A stretch of 63,719 nt of DNA, counting the filler, from Hausera hauseri (taxonomy: Eukaryota), in NCBI GenBank assembly GCA_046269625.1. It is 12 parts of 12 records of this genome, joined end to end, with 100 filler letters (N's around TTAATTAATTAA, not from the genome) between each part and the next. Parts side by side here need not be neighbours in the genome. Positions count along the whole stretch, not along the records: positions 49,978 to 59,645 come from JBJURY010316606.1; positions 59,746 to 63,719 come from JBJURY010846858.1; 10 more parts are not named here. One strand, given 5' to 3'. A program made the translations under genes and the position numbers. The notes below the pieces were generated by a model. The model saw only the letters and a list, made by a program, of their open reading frames with translations, did no database searches and had not been told where the DNA came from. Within the stretch, counting starts at the first letter, position 1, and every line of letters begins with the position of its first letter. Below are positions 51,623-63,719 of this stretch, piece by piece.

Positions 51623-53000
51623 GATTGTAAAAGATAAGGAATCTCAATAGAAATCTCATCTCATTAAAAAAATTATCCAGAGATGAATGGATGTAGAAAG
51701 GCCACAGATCGACACACTTGCAAATAAAGCTCCTCAATTATTTTTTACTTTCCAGTGGTGAGGCTGTTTAAAGATGTTTATTGCTCTCAGTCATGGTGAT
51801 TTCCATGTACATCCTTTGAACACTCCACTCAACCAGTCAGCCTACCTGATGTTTACAGCTGTAATATATCTTTACATTTAATTTTACAATCATTTATGTT
51901 ACTGTCAGCATGATTGCTCAGCCTCATGAGCTATTTCTTGTGCTGCTTTCTTTAAGCATTTTCAATATGTTCAATAACTGGTTCACCATGGTCAAGGAGA
52001 CAGTGGTTTCAAAGCTACATTGAAACCCTAAAAGCAAGATTGAGAAAAATCCGTCAATGCAACACATACATTTACCTACAAATAGTCGAGATTTCTTTAC
52101 TCAGACTGTGTACTGAAACGTGACTGTAAAGTCATTTTGGATAAATGCATCTGCTAAATGCATATACCAATGTGGTACTAGTTGCATTCTGACCCACTCA
52201 TTGCAGGTGATCTGATTTTATTGCTGCACTGCATGAGCAGCCAAAAGAATGATGAACTCAATGAATAATAGTTACTAGTTTCAATATTATTTCATGATTT
52301 ATATATTATGCATATCACTATGCATATGTTGTACTTGTATTCTGGCTACATTATGAGCTAAAACAGTTTTATGCTACACCATTACAGTAAAAATCTATTG
52401 CTAAACGATTTTTAAACATTTCACCAGTGTATCTTTGGATAGGGTTTGTGCCATTCTTCATTATCAAAAGCTTCATTTCATCACCTATACAAAGTGTGGA
52501 CATCATGTTATAGTGCGTACGAAGATGTAAAAGAAAAAAAGAACACAGACACAGAGGACACTGATTTTCAATATTTTATTTAAGTACTTTAAAACACCAT
52601 ACGTACATTATCAATATTGAAATACCTACAGAGTAATAAAATGATAAAATACTGATGTGAATTGGTTTTTAAAGATAATCTAAATGAATTATTAACAATC
52701 ATGAATCAATGTACAATAATATAAATCACACTAAATATAATCAGAATACAAAGTGATAGCACTACCCAACTAAACCCCCACCCCCGCCACACACACCCAC
52801 ACTTACACACGATCTGATAAACCTGTAAAAGAGAAAATGTTAGTGATTTCTTAATAATTAAAATCTAATAATTGTATACTTACCTGAGAAAACTAAACAA
52901 CAGAAATACAAAGAAGTGATGAGAAATTGTTCCTACTTAAATGACATGTCAGATATAATTAAATCTATAAGTACTGTAAGAATTTTGATTAGAATGTTGC

Positions 53001-55805
53001 TCAAATTTTCTTCACTGCCTTGAGCATCTGATGGACGTGATGCACTAGGTGGCTCAGGACCACGCTAGCCAAGCGTCCAGCGTCTTCATAAAGCTCTGGT
53101 GGCTGTGAAAACACAACCTCCAGAAACTCAGTCAGCTGGTCCTATTAATAAAAACACACACATTTCCAACATCACATCTCCACATCTTTATGATGTGTAT
53201 TATGAGGTGAACTGAAATAGTCAGTACTTACTTCAATAACGGTGAAGCACTGCTCCGCTGCAGGCTCCCGGGTCTTAATGTCCCAGCTCAAAAGGTGCAG
53301 GTAAAGTCTGTCCAGAAATCCTCCATCCACCTTTGAGAAAGAAAAATATTCAACTTCCAAAATGGGAGAATTATCGCAAGACAAGATAAAAGCTGTTGAT
53401 GAGTCACTTACAAACTCTGGTACATAGTTGTATTGGAACCATCCGAAGAGGACGAGTTCATAAATGATATCCAAGAAGTTTAGGGGCATCTACAGAACAG
53501 AAGTGTTACAAAGGCTTTTGATTGTCTGCTTAAAGACTACAGCAAAACAGCCGAAACCATGAACATGAGAGATTACCTGGATCTCGGACATCTCTGACTC
53601 GATCGAGGTCTGATTGGCGGTTTGTTTCAGGTAGCGAATCAGAGCCTCATAAGAGAGCTGCGTCTCACGTACATCCTGTGGCAAAAGAACCACATTGTTA
53701 CTATACACTGCTTTGTCCTCTTAGAAAACGGCTTTAGGTAACCTGGTGAAATCCATCACCTTTTTATTGAGAGCCGCCAAGTGCATCACCAGCTCTTTGC
53801 CGCTAACAAAAAGCAGGTTCTGGAGGTCAATGCTGGTTAACAGGGTCTGAAAAAGAGATAAAGTACAATGTCGGCACAAAAAGAGTCTGGAAACATCTGG
53901 TTATTAGAACGGTGGCAGAAGTTTAAGATGTACTCACAGAGAAGACCTCACGGAGCATGTGCCGCTTCATGACGATGTCCGAGATGCCGCATTCTTTGAG
54001 GAAGCCGCTGAGAACAAAATTAAAATGAATCTTTGTGATTCCTTAGTCAGTCGTGTATAAAATACAGCTAAATGGCTTGAAGATGATCCTACCTTATAAA
54101 TGGACTCTCACTCTCCTCAGGAGAAAGACTCTCATCGCTGCCCTGTAGTGACGAGTAATGGATAAATTAACACAGCCTGAAACTGAAGGAACAATGCTCA
54201 AGTTGTATTCACTGTATCTGTTGCAGTACCTCTGAGTCCATCTCGGAGTCCGTCTCAGAGTCCACATCCAGTGGCTTGTTAATGTCGGATTTTTTAACCC
54301 AATGGGCGGAATCCTCCTGTCCATCTGGCCACAGCCGCCTGTAGTCCCGTGTGACCACATAGAAGGTTTGCTGGGAATAAAACAAATGAACAAACCGTCA
54401 TTTGACTATGAACAAACCAGACACAAAATTTCGTACTCTACTATAATCCCGTGATCATGTCGGGTAGTGCCATTGATTTACCACAAAATCCTCCAGCTGG
54501 GTGTTGAGGGATGTCTCCAAGCGGCGGCAGGATAAAAATTCAACCACCTTTCCAGAAATTGTCTAAAAGGAAAAATTGAATGAGACAAATATAGACTAGA
54601 AGCTGCACTCAGAATAATATTTAAGGACACAAAACAATCTCTCACCTGAATGCCAGTGAAGAAATGTTCAGAAGTGGTGAAGAAGGTGAATCCCTGCAAA
54701 GGAAAATTAAAATCCACAAATGCACACAAGCTCTCGTCTAATTAAAATGAAGCTGGATGTGAATCGTCTGCTCTTACGAGATGGTTCAAACGAGAAGTCT
54801 CGGTAATGGTGAACCACCACTGCTGGACCACAGACCCTTCCACCACACACAGGTAGTACCTTTTGAGCCGCACGGTCTATGAAACAAACCCAAAAGTAGT
54901 TAGATAATTAGTTATAAAATATAGTGTATTGTTAGTTGCAGGTGCAACATCACTTATCTGTTATTGAATACCTCAGTGTGAGAAAGGTAGGATTCTGAGG
55001 ACAGGAACTGGACAATAACGTTCGTGATGCTTAGTTCACTATTGCCGGAGAGCTGTAACAGTACAGCACAGAGAAGCAAAATGTTTCCAAAGAGGTTAAA
55101 CCGTTTTTAACTTGAAACCGTTTTTACAAGGAGTTTGTTCACTAAAGTGATGATTAGTAACCTCTCTCATCTCCATAATATAAAATACTAGAAAGATTAC
55201 CACAATCACTGGTTCCTCCTCAGTCGGTTGGTCAGTGGACACCAGTTGCCAGTTTGACATGTCGACCTTAAAGATAAAAAATAGAGGTCAAAATAAAGGT
55301 CAAAAAATACTTAATAATTGTATTGTTACAGTGCTATCTTAAATTACACTTGCCTGAATGTCATCAGTCTCTTTCAGTTCAACTTCATAGTCTGAATAAA
55401 ATGATACAATGATTATATTCATTTATCTGTGATAAAAAATGTTTAATCAAGATTAAATACAGGTGTTCTGAAACAGCATGTTTAAAAATACTGTGTTAGA
55501 CATGTGTAGAGATTAATATTTACATCTAATCAATTATTTAGCTAACAATGATCATTACAAACTGAGTCCAGCAAACCAACATGTACAGAGTTTATTAGCG
55601 AACAATTAAGCTGACCGGGTGGGAAGGGGCGGGGCTCCCTACTCTGCGTGGCCGGCTGAGAGTGCTCAATGGGCGGATTGGTTTTCTGCTTGAGTCGGCG
55701 ATACATCAAGTAGCCGGCAGAACCTAAAACCAGCAAACCAGCGGCGCACGCAACCTTCTGGCAAGTGCCCGAAGTTATTGTGGGCAGAAGTTTGCTCAGA
55801 TTCAT
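53001..55805 (-). CDS. Divergent mitoguardin (MIGA/FAM73)-like multi-exon gene, complete copy
   Basis: N-terminal TM AAGLLVLGSAGYLMYRR. Spliced C-domain LREVFSTLLTS..LFVSGKELVMHLAALNKKDVRETQLSYEALIRYL..EMSEIQMPLNFLDIIYELVL resembles the MIGA lipid-binding domain. Confidence 0.65.
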
Positions 55806-56508
55806 GTGTGTTTATTGTTGAAATCAGCAGTTGAAGAGAAATATAACAGAGCGCGGAGACACACGTCCTCACTCTAGCGATGCAGGAACACAAATGATGC
55901 GTTGCTATGGTGGCAGCATTTAGAATCCGCACATGCGTCACGTGATCATGCAGGCGATCCATAATACACATTTTATTAGATAAAACAAACTGTTGTTATT
56001 AATAATTATAATAATTGGTTTGACTATAGGATAAGATCAGAGTTAATGCTTCACGTTGGAACTATTAAAATTAAGTTTATTTTCTGCCGAATCGGTTCAA
56101 TTTAGTAAACAGGTTCATATGAACTGCTCAGAGTGTAGTGCTAACTGCTGTAATAACTTAGTTTAAACACACGTACGATGCTTTTACAATATTATACTTT
56201 ACATTCGATTTTGTTTTATTTTAAGAAACTTTTTAACCCTTTTTTAATTTAGGAATTTATCACGTGGATTATATGAGAAGGAAATTGACGAACGTGGGGT
56301 GTTTGCGTGTTGCAGTGGTCTATTACACCAGTTGGAAGTTCACACAGACCTGTTTGTTTGGTTATTTGGACTTGAACATCATGTTCATCAAGTAATATTA
56401 CCATGGACCTCAGTTGAGTTTGTGGAACTGCTTTGTATGTGTTCACTTTCATCAAAATACTTAAATATTTATTGTATTACTGCATTTTCATGATCAGATG
56501 TTTGGATT

Positions 56509-56858
56509 GGGTGGCACAGTGGCTTAGTGGGTAGCACTGTCGCCTCACAGTGAGAAGGTTTTGGGTATGATCCTCAGGGGGGGCCGATCTGGGTCCTTTC
56601 TGTGTGGAGTTTGCATGTTCTTTGTGTGTCTGTGTGGGTTTCCTCCGGGTACTCCGGTTTCCTCTCACAGTCCAAAGACATGCTACAAGGTTAATCGGAG
56701 ACACTGAATTGCCCTGTAGGTACCTGCAATGGACTGGCGCACCATCCAGGGTGTTACAATGAGCTTTGTGCCTGTTGAAAAGCTGGGATAGGCTCCAGCA
56801 TTCCAACCCGACCCTAATTAGGATAGAGGTTAAAGACAATGGATGGATGGATGGATGG
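56509..56858 (+). mobile_element. tRNA-derived fish SINE, duplicated copy
   Basis: Same element at the equivalent position of the second tandem unit. Confidence 0.88.
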
Positions 56859-57948
56859 AGGTTGTAAAAGATAAGGAATCTCAATAGAAATCTCATCTCA
56901 TTAAAAATATGACCCAGAGATGAATGGATGTAGAATGGCCACAGATCCACACAATTGCAAATAAAGCTTCTCGATTATTTTTTACTTTCCAGTGTTGAGG
57001 CTGTTTAAAGATGTTTATTGCACTCTGTCATGAAGATTTCCATGTACATCCTATGAACTCTCCACTCAACCAGTCAGCCTACCTGGTGTTTACAGCTGTA
57101 ATATATATTTACATTTAATTTTACAATAATTGATGTTACTGTCAGCATGATTGCTCAGCCTCATGAGCTATTTCTTGTGCTGCTTTGTTTACGCATTTTC
57201 AATATGTTCAATAACTGGTTCACCATGGTCATGGAGAGAGTGGTTTCAAAGCCACATTGAAACCCTACAAGCAAGATTGAGCAAAATCCATCAATGCAAC
57301 ACATACATTTGCTTACAAATAGTCGAGATTTCTTTACTCAGACTGTGTACTGAAACATGACCATGAAGTCATTTTGGATAAAGGCATCTGCTAAATGCTA
57401 AAAATGAAAATGTTTAGTGCACATACCAATGTGGTACTAGTTGAATTCTGTCCCACTCATTGCAGGTGATCTGAATTTATTGTTGCACGACATGAGCAGC
57501 CAAAAGAATGATGAAGTCAATGAAAAATAGTTACTAGTTTCAATATTATTTCATGAATTATATATTATGTACATCACTCTGCATATGTTGTACTTGTATG
57601 CTGGCTGCATTATGAGATGAGACCGTTTTAGACTACACCATTACAGTAAAAACATATTGCAACGAGATTTTTAAACATTTCACCAGTGTATCTTTGGATA
57701 GGGTTTGTGTAATTCTTCATTATCAAAAGCTTCATTTCATCACCTATACAAAGTGTGGACATCATGTTATAGTGCATACAAAGATGTAAAAGAAAAAAGA
57801 ACAGGCACAGAGGACACTGATTTCAATATTTTATTTAAGTACATACATACATTATCAATAATGAAATACCTACAGAGTAATAAAATTATTCAAAACCAAT
57901 ACACATGTTAGTAATTCATTTAGATTATCTTAAAATACTGTCTAAGAA

Positions 57949-59645
57949 TTATGAGTAGATTTTCTTTACTGCCTTGAGCATCTGCTGGACGTGATGCTTT
58001 AGGAGGCTCAGGACCACGCTAGCCAATCGTCCAGCATCTTCGTAAAGCTCTAGTGGCTGTGAAAACACCACCTCCAGAAACGCAGTCAGATGGTCCTATT
58101 AATAAAAAACACACACATTTCCAACATCACTGAGAATAACGTCTCATCTTTATGATGTGTATTATGAGGTGAACTGAAATAGTCAGTAGTTACTTCAATA
58201 ACGGTGAAGCACTGCTCCCCTGCAGGCTCCCAGGTCTTAATGTCCCAGCTAAGAATGTGCCTGAAAAGTCTGTCCAGAAATCCTCCATCCACCTTTGAGA
58301 AAGAAAAATATTAAACTTACAAAATGGGAGAATTATCGTAAGACAAGATAAAAGCTGTTGATGAGTCACTTACAAACTCTGGTGCATAGTCATATTGGAA
58401 CCATCCGAAGAGGACGAGTTCATAAAGGATATCCAATAAGTTTAGGGGCATCTACAGAACAGAAATGTTACAAAGACTTTTAATTGTTGGCTTAAAGACT
58501 ACGGCAAAACAGACGAAACCATGAACATGAGAGGTTACCTGGATCTCGGACATCTCGGACTCGATCGAGGTCTGATTGGCTGTGTGTTTGAGGTAGCGAA
58601 TCAGAGCCTCATAAGAGAGCTGCGACTCACGTACATCCTGTGGCAAAAGAATCACATTCTTACTAGACACTGCTTTGTTCTCTTAGAAAACGGCTTTAGG
58701 TGACCTGGTGAAATCCGTCACCTTTTTATTGAGAGCTGCTAAGTGCATCACCAGCTCTTTGCCGCTAACAAACAGCAGGTTCTGGAGGTGAATGCTGGTT
58801 AACAGGGTCTGAAAAAGATATAAAGTACAATGTCGGCACAAAAAGAGTCTGCAAACATCTGGTAATTAGAACGGTGGCAAAAGTTTAAGATGTACTTACA
58901 GAGAAGACCTCACGGAGCATGCTCCGCTTCATGGTGATGTCTGAGATGCCACAGTCTTTGAGGTAGCCGCTGAGAACAAAGTTATAATGAATCTTTGTGA
59001 TTCCTTAGTCAGTCGTGTATAAAATACAGCTAAATGGCTTGAATATGATGCTACCTCATAAATGGGCTCTCACTCTCCTCAGGAGAAAGACTCTCATCGC
59101 TGCCCTGTAGTGACGAGTAGTGGATAAATTAACACAGCCTGAAACTGAAGGAACAATGCTCAAGTTGTATTCACTGTATTTGTAGAAGTACCTCGGAATC
59201 GGACTCGTGGTCCGACTCGGAGTCCGTCTCAGAGTCTGTCTCAGAGTCTACGTCCAGTGGTTTGTGAATGACGGATTTTTTAACCCACTGGGCGGAATCC
59301 TCCTGTCCATCTGGCCACAGCCGCCTGTAGTCCCGTGTGACCACATAGAAGGTTTGCTGCGAATAAAACAAATAAACAAACCGTCGCTTGACTATGAACA
59401 AACCGGACACAAAATTTTGCACTGTACTATAATCCCGTAATCACGTCGGGTAGTGCCATTGATTTACCACAAAATCCTCCAGCTGGATGTTGAGGGACGT
59501 CTCCAAGCGGCGGCAGGATAAAAATTCAACCACCTTTCCAGAAATCGTCTAAAAGGAAAATTTTAATTAGACAAATATAGACTAGAAGCTGCACTCAGAA
59601 TAATATTTAAGGACACAAAACAATCTCTCACCTGAATGCCAGTGA
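57949..59645 (-). CDS. Mitoguardin-like gene, 3' exons of the preceding tandem copy
   Basis: Paralogous exons with an expanded DSETDSETDSESDHESDSE repeat; stop at 57949. Confidence 0.6.
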
Positions 59646-60299
59646 NNNNNNNNNNNNNNNNNNNNNNNNNNNNNNNNNNNNNNNNNNNNTTAATTAATTA
59701 ANNNNNNNNNNNNNNNNNNNNNNNNNNNNNNNNNNNNNNNNNNNNTCCATGTCAATTATTTTCTTATTACTTTTCTTTCTTCCTTTACGGGATGTCTGTT
59801 TCTCTGGTTGATCCCCTATCATGTAGATATTACTTTCTTTCAATCTTTATTGCTGTCTTTTATACTCCTTTACTTCTATTTCTAACTGCTTCTTCATACA
59901 TTGGGATAGTAAATCATTTATATAATTAATAATTTCTTCTTGTTTTTCTTCTTAACTTTTTGTTCACTAACACTCCTCCGTTCGTATTTTCTGTCGGACG
60001 ATTCGTCTGACGTAGCTGATGCATTATCTTTCTTTTGCTTATTCTTATTATTTGATTTTGAGAAGTCCTTTTTACGTGATCTACATGATTTCGCTATATG
60101 TCAATATTTATTGCAATTAAAACATTTTAGTCTTCTTTCAGAGTATTCCATCTTTAGAATATTTCTTTTTATATCTCTCCTTTTCACCATTGTTTTTTAA
60201 TTTAAACTTTACTTTCTTTTATGCATCTGATTCAACTACTGTAGCTGACGTCTGTGAAAGGCTTCGATTTCTGTAATATCGTTCATACTTCTGTGTGCT

Positions 60300-60800
60300 A
60301 TGATTCTTTCTTTTGTCGTAACCAGCATTACTATTCCTTGACTTATTCCATGCATATAATTCAGCGTCTCATTCGGCTTTACGTGCCTTCCTTATAGCTT
60401 TATGAAATGTACGTGGGTCAGTCTGTGAAATTATCTTTCTTAAACTTTCTTCTAATCGGTATTGCAATTGGGCGACAAAAGCCTTACTTCTTTTCGTGGC
60501 GTCTGGGTAAGCCCGTGCAGGTTCTCTAATGAGCAAACAAATTCCTGTACCGATTCATCTTTACGTTGCCTCTTTCTTATAAATGCTTCTATCCGCCCCT
60601 TTACAGAGGAATCAACTAGAAAATTTTAAGACAGTTTTCCTAAACGGCTTTCCAGTCGCTCTTATCGGCATCAGGCATTTGGAAGTAATTGGCCAGGGCT
60701 GTTCCTTTAAGATGGAAAGGTAACCTCTACACACGTTGCTGGTCGTTCCACCCAAAGCTTTTTAAATATACTTCTTATTCCGTAGAACTTTAGATTGTAC
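60300..60800 (-). pseudogene. Ty3/gypsy gag remnant
   Basis: FGWNDQQR..LPFHLKGTALANYFQMPDADKSDWKAV and RKRQRKDESVQEF. Confidence 0.8.
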
Positions 60801-60977
60801 TACTTGCTCTATTTTATTTACATAGTGATTTGGCGCCATCTCGTTTCCTTCGTCACATAGATTATTCATGTAATCTAGTCCAAATGGCTGATCGCAATTT
60901 GCTTTATAGTGAGTGTCATTCCTAGTGGTAATCTCGAGATTTCTTCTTTATCTAAAGGTTAAGTACTACTTAGATGT

Positions 60978-60994
60978 TCCGGATCACGGCACAA
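60978..60994 (-). promoter_or_regulatory. Primer-binding site, tRNA-His-like
   Basis: TTGTGCCGTGATCCGGA compared with canonical TGGTGCCGTGACTCGGA. It lies 2 nt after an ...ACA putative LTR end (60997) and upstream of gag. Confidence 0.6.
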
Positions 60995-61899
60995 GTTGTT
61001 CAAGCCACGCAAATTTAAGTTGGGAGAGCTTCTAATTTAATAATCGTACGTAATTAAATTTACGGGTGAACAAGTTTATCTTTACTTAGCCGCGTTAGTG
61101 TCTGACAGAGATATATTAGCAGAGACTTACCTACTTATGGTCAGTAATGTGTTGGGTCGATCGTCGTTAATATCTTCACTTTAATTACTACGGTTTATTG
61201 ACCTAAATGTTATTCGTCTTGACTTTGGTCGTCGGCAACGGGTCGTGTACCCGGTCGACTATATTTACTTATGGGCGCTTACTTAATTAATCAATTATTT
61301 TTTAAAACAATCAGCAATAAACGTTGTAAAACGGAATAATTTAAATATAATATATTCAAAGCAACAAAAGTACATGAAAATAAAATACATTACTTGGGTG
61401 AAGACAAGTTAAATTTTTGTTCTAAAAATTCTACGTTGTACACTGCTTATATAGTCGTTGAATCATATCGTGCAGATATTAAATACATAAAAAATGACGG
61501 TTTGCAAGTGAATAACAATCATATAGAAACGGAAATTTGACACGGGAATATCACAAAGGTATTTTACTCTGGACACAACAGGTAATTGATTTCATTATTA
61601 ACTATTAACAGCACTAATGCCAGCTGATCATTTTCTTATTGATGAGAATGTCACACGGGATTTCAAGAGGTAGACAGGTAAATAAACAGGTGAAGTAGTC
61701 ATTTAATTGATTTCACAAATCGTCGGTGGTTTGAAGAAATTATCCCAAATGTGTCTTATTGATCTAATGATAAAGGCACATGAATGAACTTTCGAGACGT
61801 TCTGCTATTATATCAAACTGCTTCTGGCTCATATTTCGTCGTCTGCAACCATTGTTTCATCGATTTTGAATTGTCTTTTCCTACCAGATAGTGACTGGT

Positions 61900-62823
61900 G
61901 TTGTTCGCACCATATCGGAAGTCGTAGTCTGAGTGATTAATTCATCATTCCATTTTAACTGTTTATAGATGGCTTGGAAGCATTGTACCAAGGCAGTGCT
62001 TCGGGAGTGGCATTCCATTTGTATTATAAAACGACTTTGCCAATTAATTGTAGGTATTTGTGGTTAACTGATATTTGCGAATAGCTTCTTCGTGACATAA
62101 GATATTACGAACCCCACATATTAGCCTGACCGGGCACTTGCAGTGGTTAATAACCATCTCTAAGATGTCGGCTCCCAATATCACTTTGTCTGTAAATAAT
62201 TCCGTTATCTTTCTGTAGAAGTCCGGGGCATCTATTTGGTTATTTATGTTTGACTCCGTTAAACCCGCTAAGTGGGCATCAAAACTGTTAATTTGCTCTC
62301 TAGGGGTGATAATGCTGTAAAACAACATCTGCCCATTGAGGGTTATTACTGAGCGCTCGATGGGCTTCAACTGGTTCCACTGATCGTAGGCCAGATTTAC
62401 TGCAGCAATTACCAAGTCGTCCGGTACTTGTTGGGTTCGCTTGTATTTGAGATAATCCGATTTTGGGAGATTAAGGCATTTGCCTTCTGGGGGGCTTACA
62501 TAGAATTTCTTTTTCTTTATAATGCCTAGAGCCAGCATTATTTGATTTGTAAGAGACCTGATCTCCAGAGAATTTTCTTTCATGAATTTGTATTCGAAAG
62601 CAGGAGAGTGCTCCGAATCCATGTTTATTAGGTCTCGTTTTGTTGATGTATTGAGGTTTGTTGCTTTAATGTGGAATTTGCCGGTAATGTTGTAAATATT
62701 TATTGAGTGGTATCTTTCAGGGAAGGTTACTAAGCCAGTCAGGTAGAATGATGTGGGCTTTGTCAAGTGGATCAACATTAATGATGTATTTCCTGTACTG
62801 TAACCATTGAGGTTGTTTGCCAT
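61900..62823 (-). pseudogene. Distant homolog of the inactive DEDDh-fold accessory ORF
   Basis: IAAVNLAYDQWNQLKPIERSVITLNGQMLFYSIITPREQINSFDAHLAGLTESNI..DFYRKITELFTDKVILG. Beyond the stop, FQAIYKQLKW matches FIKDIYDSLRW in C3. Confidence 0.75.
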
Positions 62824-63200
62824 TTATGGCGTGGCGGCGTAATTTAGACTGTACGTATTGTCGTTGAGGATAACGTAATATTGATTGGTTGCATTAGCGT
62901 TAATCAAGTGCTTATTTGCGTTGTTGAACCGCGTTTTAATCTCGCCTGGATTTTATGGGATGTTTATGCTGATACTGTAAATAGAAGAGTAAATATCGAA
63001 TTAGAAGGAATACTTAAGCACATCACAATGGTTATCATACATATCACGGTGGTAATAGTTACGATTTTATACTCGTTATTTCTACCATCTGGAATATCCT
63101 GATAATGTTTGGTTACCGCTTTTAAGAGGGTTGCGTAAACAGCAATCCCTGAGATTAACCGTCAGCTGGGATTGTCTACGTCTAATGGCTTCGATAGACG

Positions 63201-63719
63201 TCACATATCGATACGAACACAATCGTGCCTTCCACGTTTACGTCGTATACATATTAACTTCACTGAGATCGTTATTACTATTGCGAGAACTGCGGGTGTC
63301 ACTGAACATATTATTTTAATTTTCAGTCTCGAATGTGAATATTTTGTGTAGGGTGAACGCATAGTTGTTGAATGTCTAATGGTAAACTCTTGTCGTGGTA
63401 ATTTTATTTCTATGTTGCTGTCAGTATTTTCGTGGATTATTATTATTATCGTACAGTTTTAAGTGTACTAAAATAGTCATTTCCATTGTATTGCTTTTGT
63501 CAATTAGCAGGGAGTGCACCACTGGTGTCGTAACATTAGCGTATTTCTCATTATACTCTATTTCATTTCAATACCGTACATACATAATTGGGCCATAAAT
63601 GTTTCATTTATTCCGTAAAACGCCGTATTATTTTCGTGTTAGTATGTATTGTAGGCGGTATATTTTCTTCTGGATACATTACAACAGATTTGCTGTTGTT
63701 CATGCCATATTTGGCCTTC
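63201..63719 (-). pseudogene. Degenerate type I membrane protein C-terminus (env position)
   Basis: IICSVTPAVLAIVITISVKLICIRRKRGR gives a TM plus basic tail; NxS/T sequons occur upstream. Same position relative to the exonuclease-like ORF as in C3. Confidence 0.55.

Larger units (their letters stand above)
49978..59645. repeat. Tandem duplication, ~5.2-kb unit (49978-55205 and 55206-59645)
   Basis: Colinear, diverged copies both begin ATCACTGGTTCCTCCTC. The second copy lacks a block corresponding to ~52650-52960. Confidence 0.95.

Overview
This window is eukaryotic DNA, not one continuous locus. It contains 12 short contigs joined by artificial 100-nt spacers (44 N, TTAATTAATTAA, 44 N): C1 1-3997, C2 4098-8443, C3 8544-13092, C4 13193-19975, C5 20076-24694, C6 24795-30102, C7 30203-37007, C8 37108-41395, C9 41496-45775, C10 45876-49877, C11 49978-59645, C12 59746-63719. 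Two sources appear mixed. One is fish-like DNA (tmem237 exons, tandem mitoguardin-like genes with tRNA-derived SINEs). The other is an AT-rich invertebrate-like genome with ~41-46 nt introns in at least one gene; the dynamin-related, TRAF-like and TMEM38-like genes probably belong with it. Most remaining sequence is decayed mobile DNA: Ty3/gypsy, Polinton/adintovirus, piggyBac, pogo, hAT and LINEs. The main candidate novelty is a Ty3/gypsy clade seen in C3, C7 and C12. In C3 the element carries two extra genes between integrase and the PPT/3' LTR: a receptor-like type I membrane protein, and a ~800-aa protein joining a catalytically dead DEDDh (ISG20/REX4-like) exonuclease fold to a C3HC4 RING finger. 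C7 has a deleted copy of the same genes, and C12 shows the membrane-protein end and the exonuclease-like ORF but no RING. In C7 the element is also joined in frame to a long unknown polyprotein ending in a chuvirus-type glycoprotein. All homology calls come from motif recognition by eye; no searches were run.
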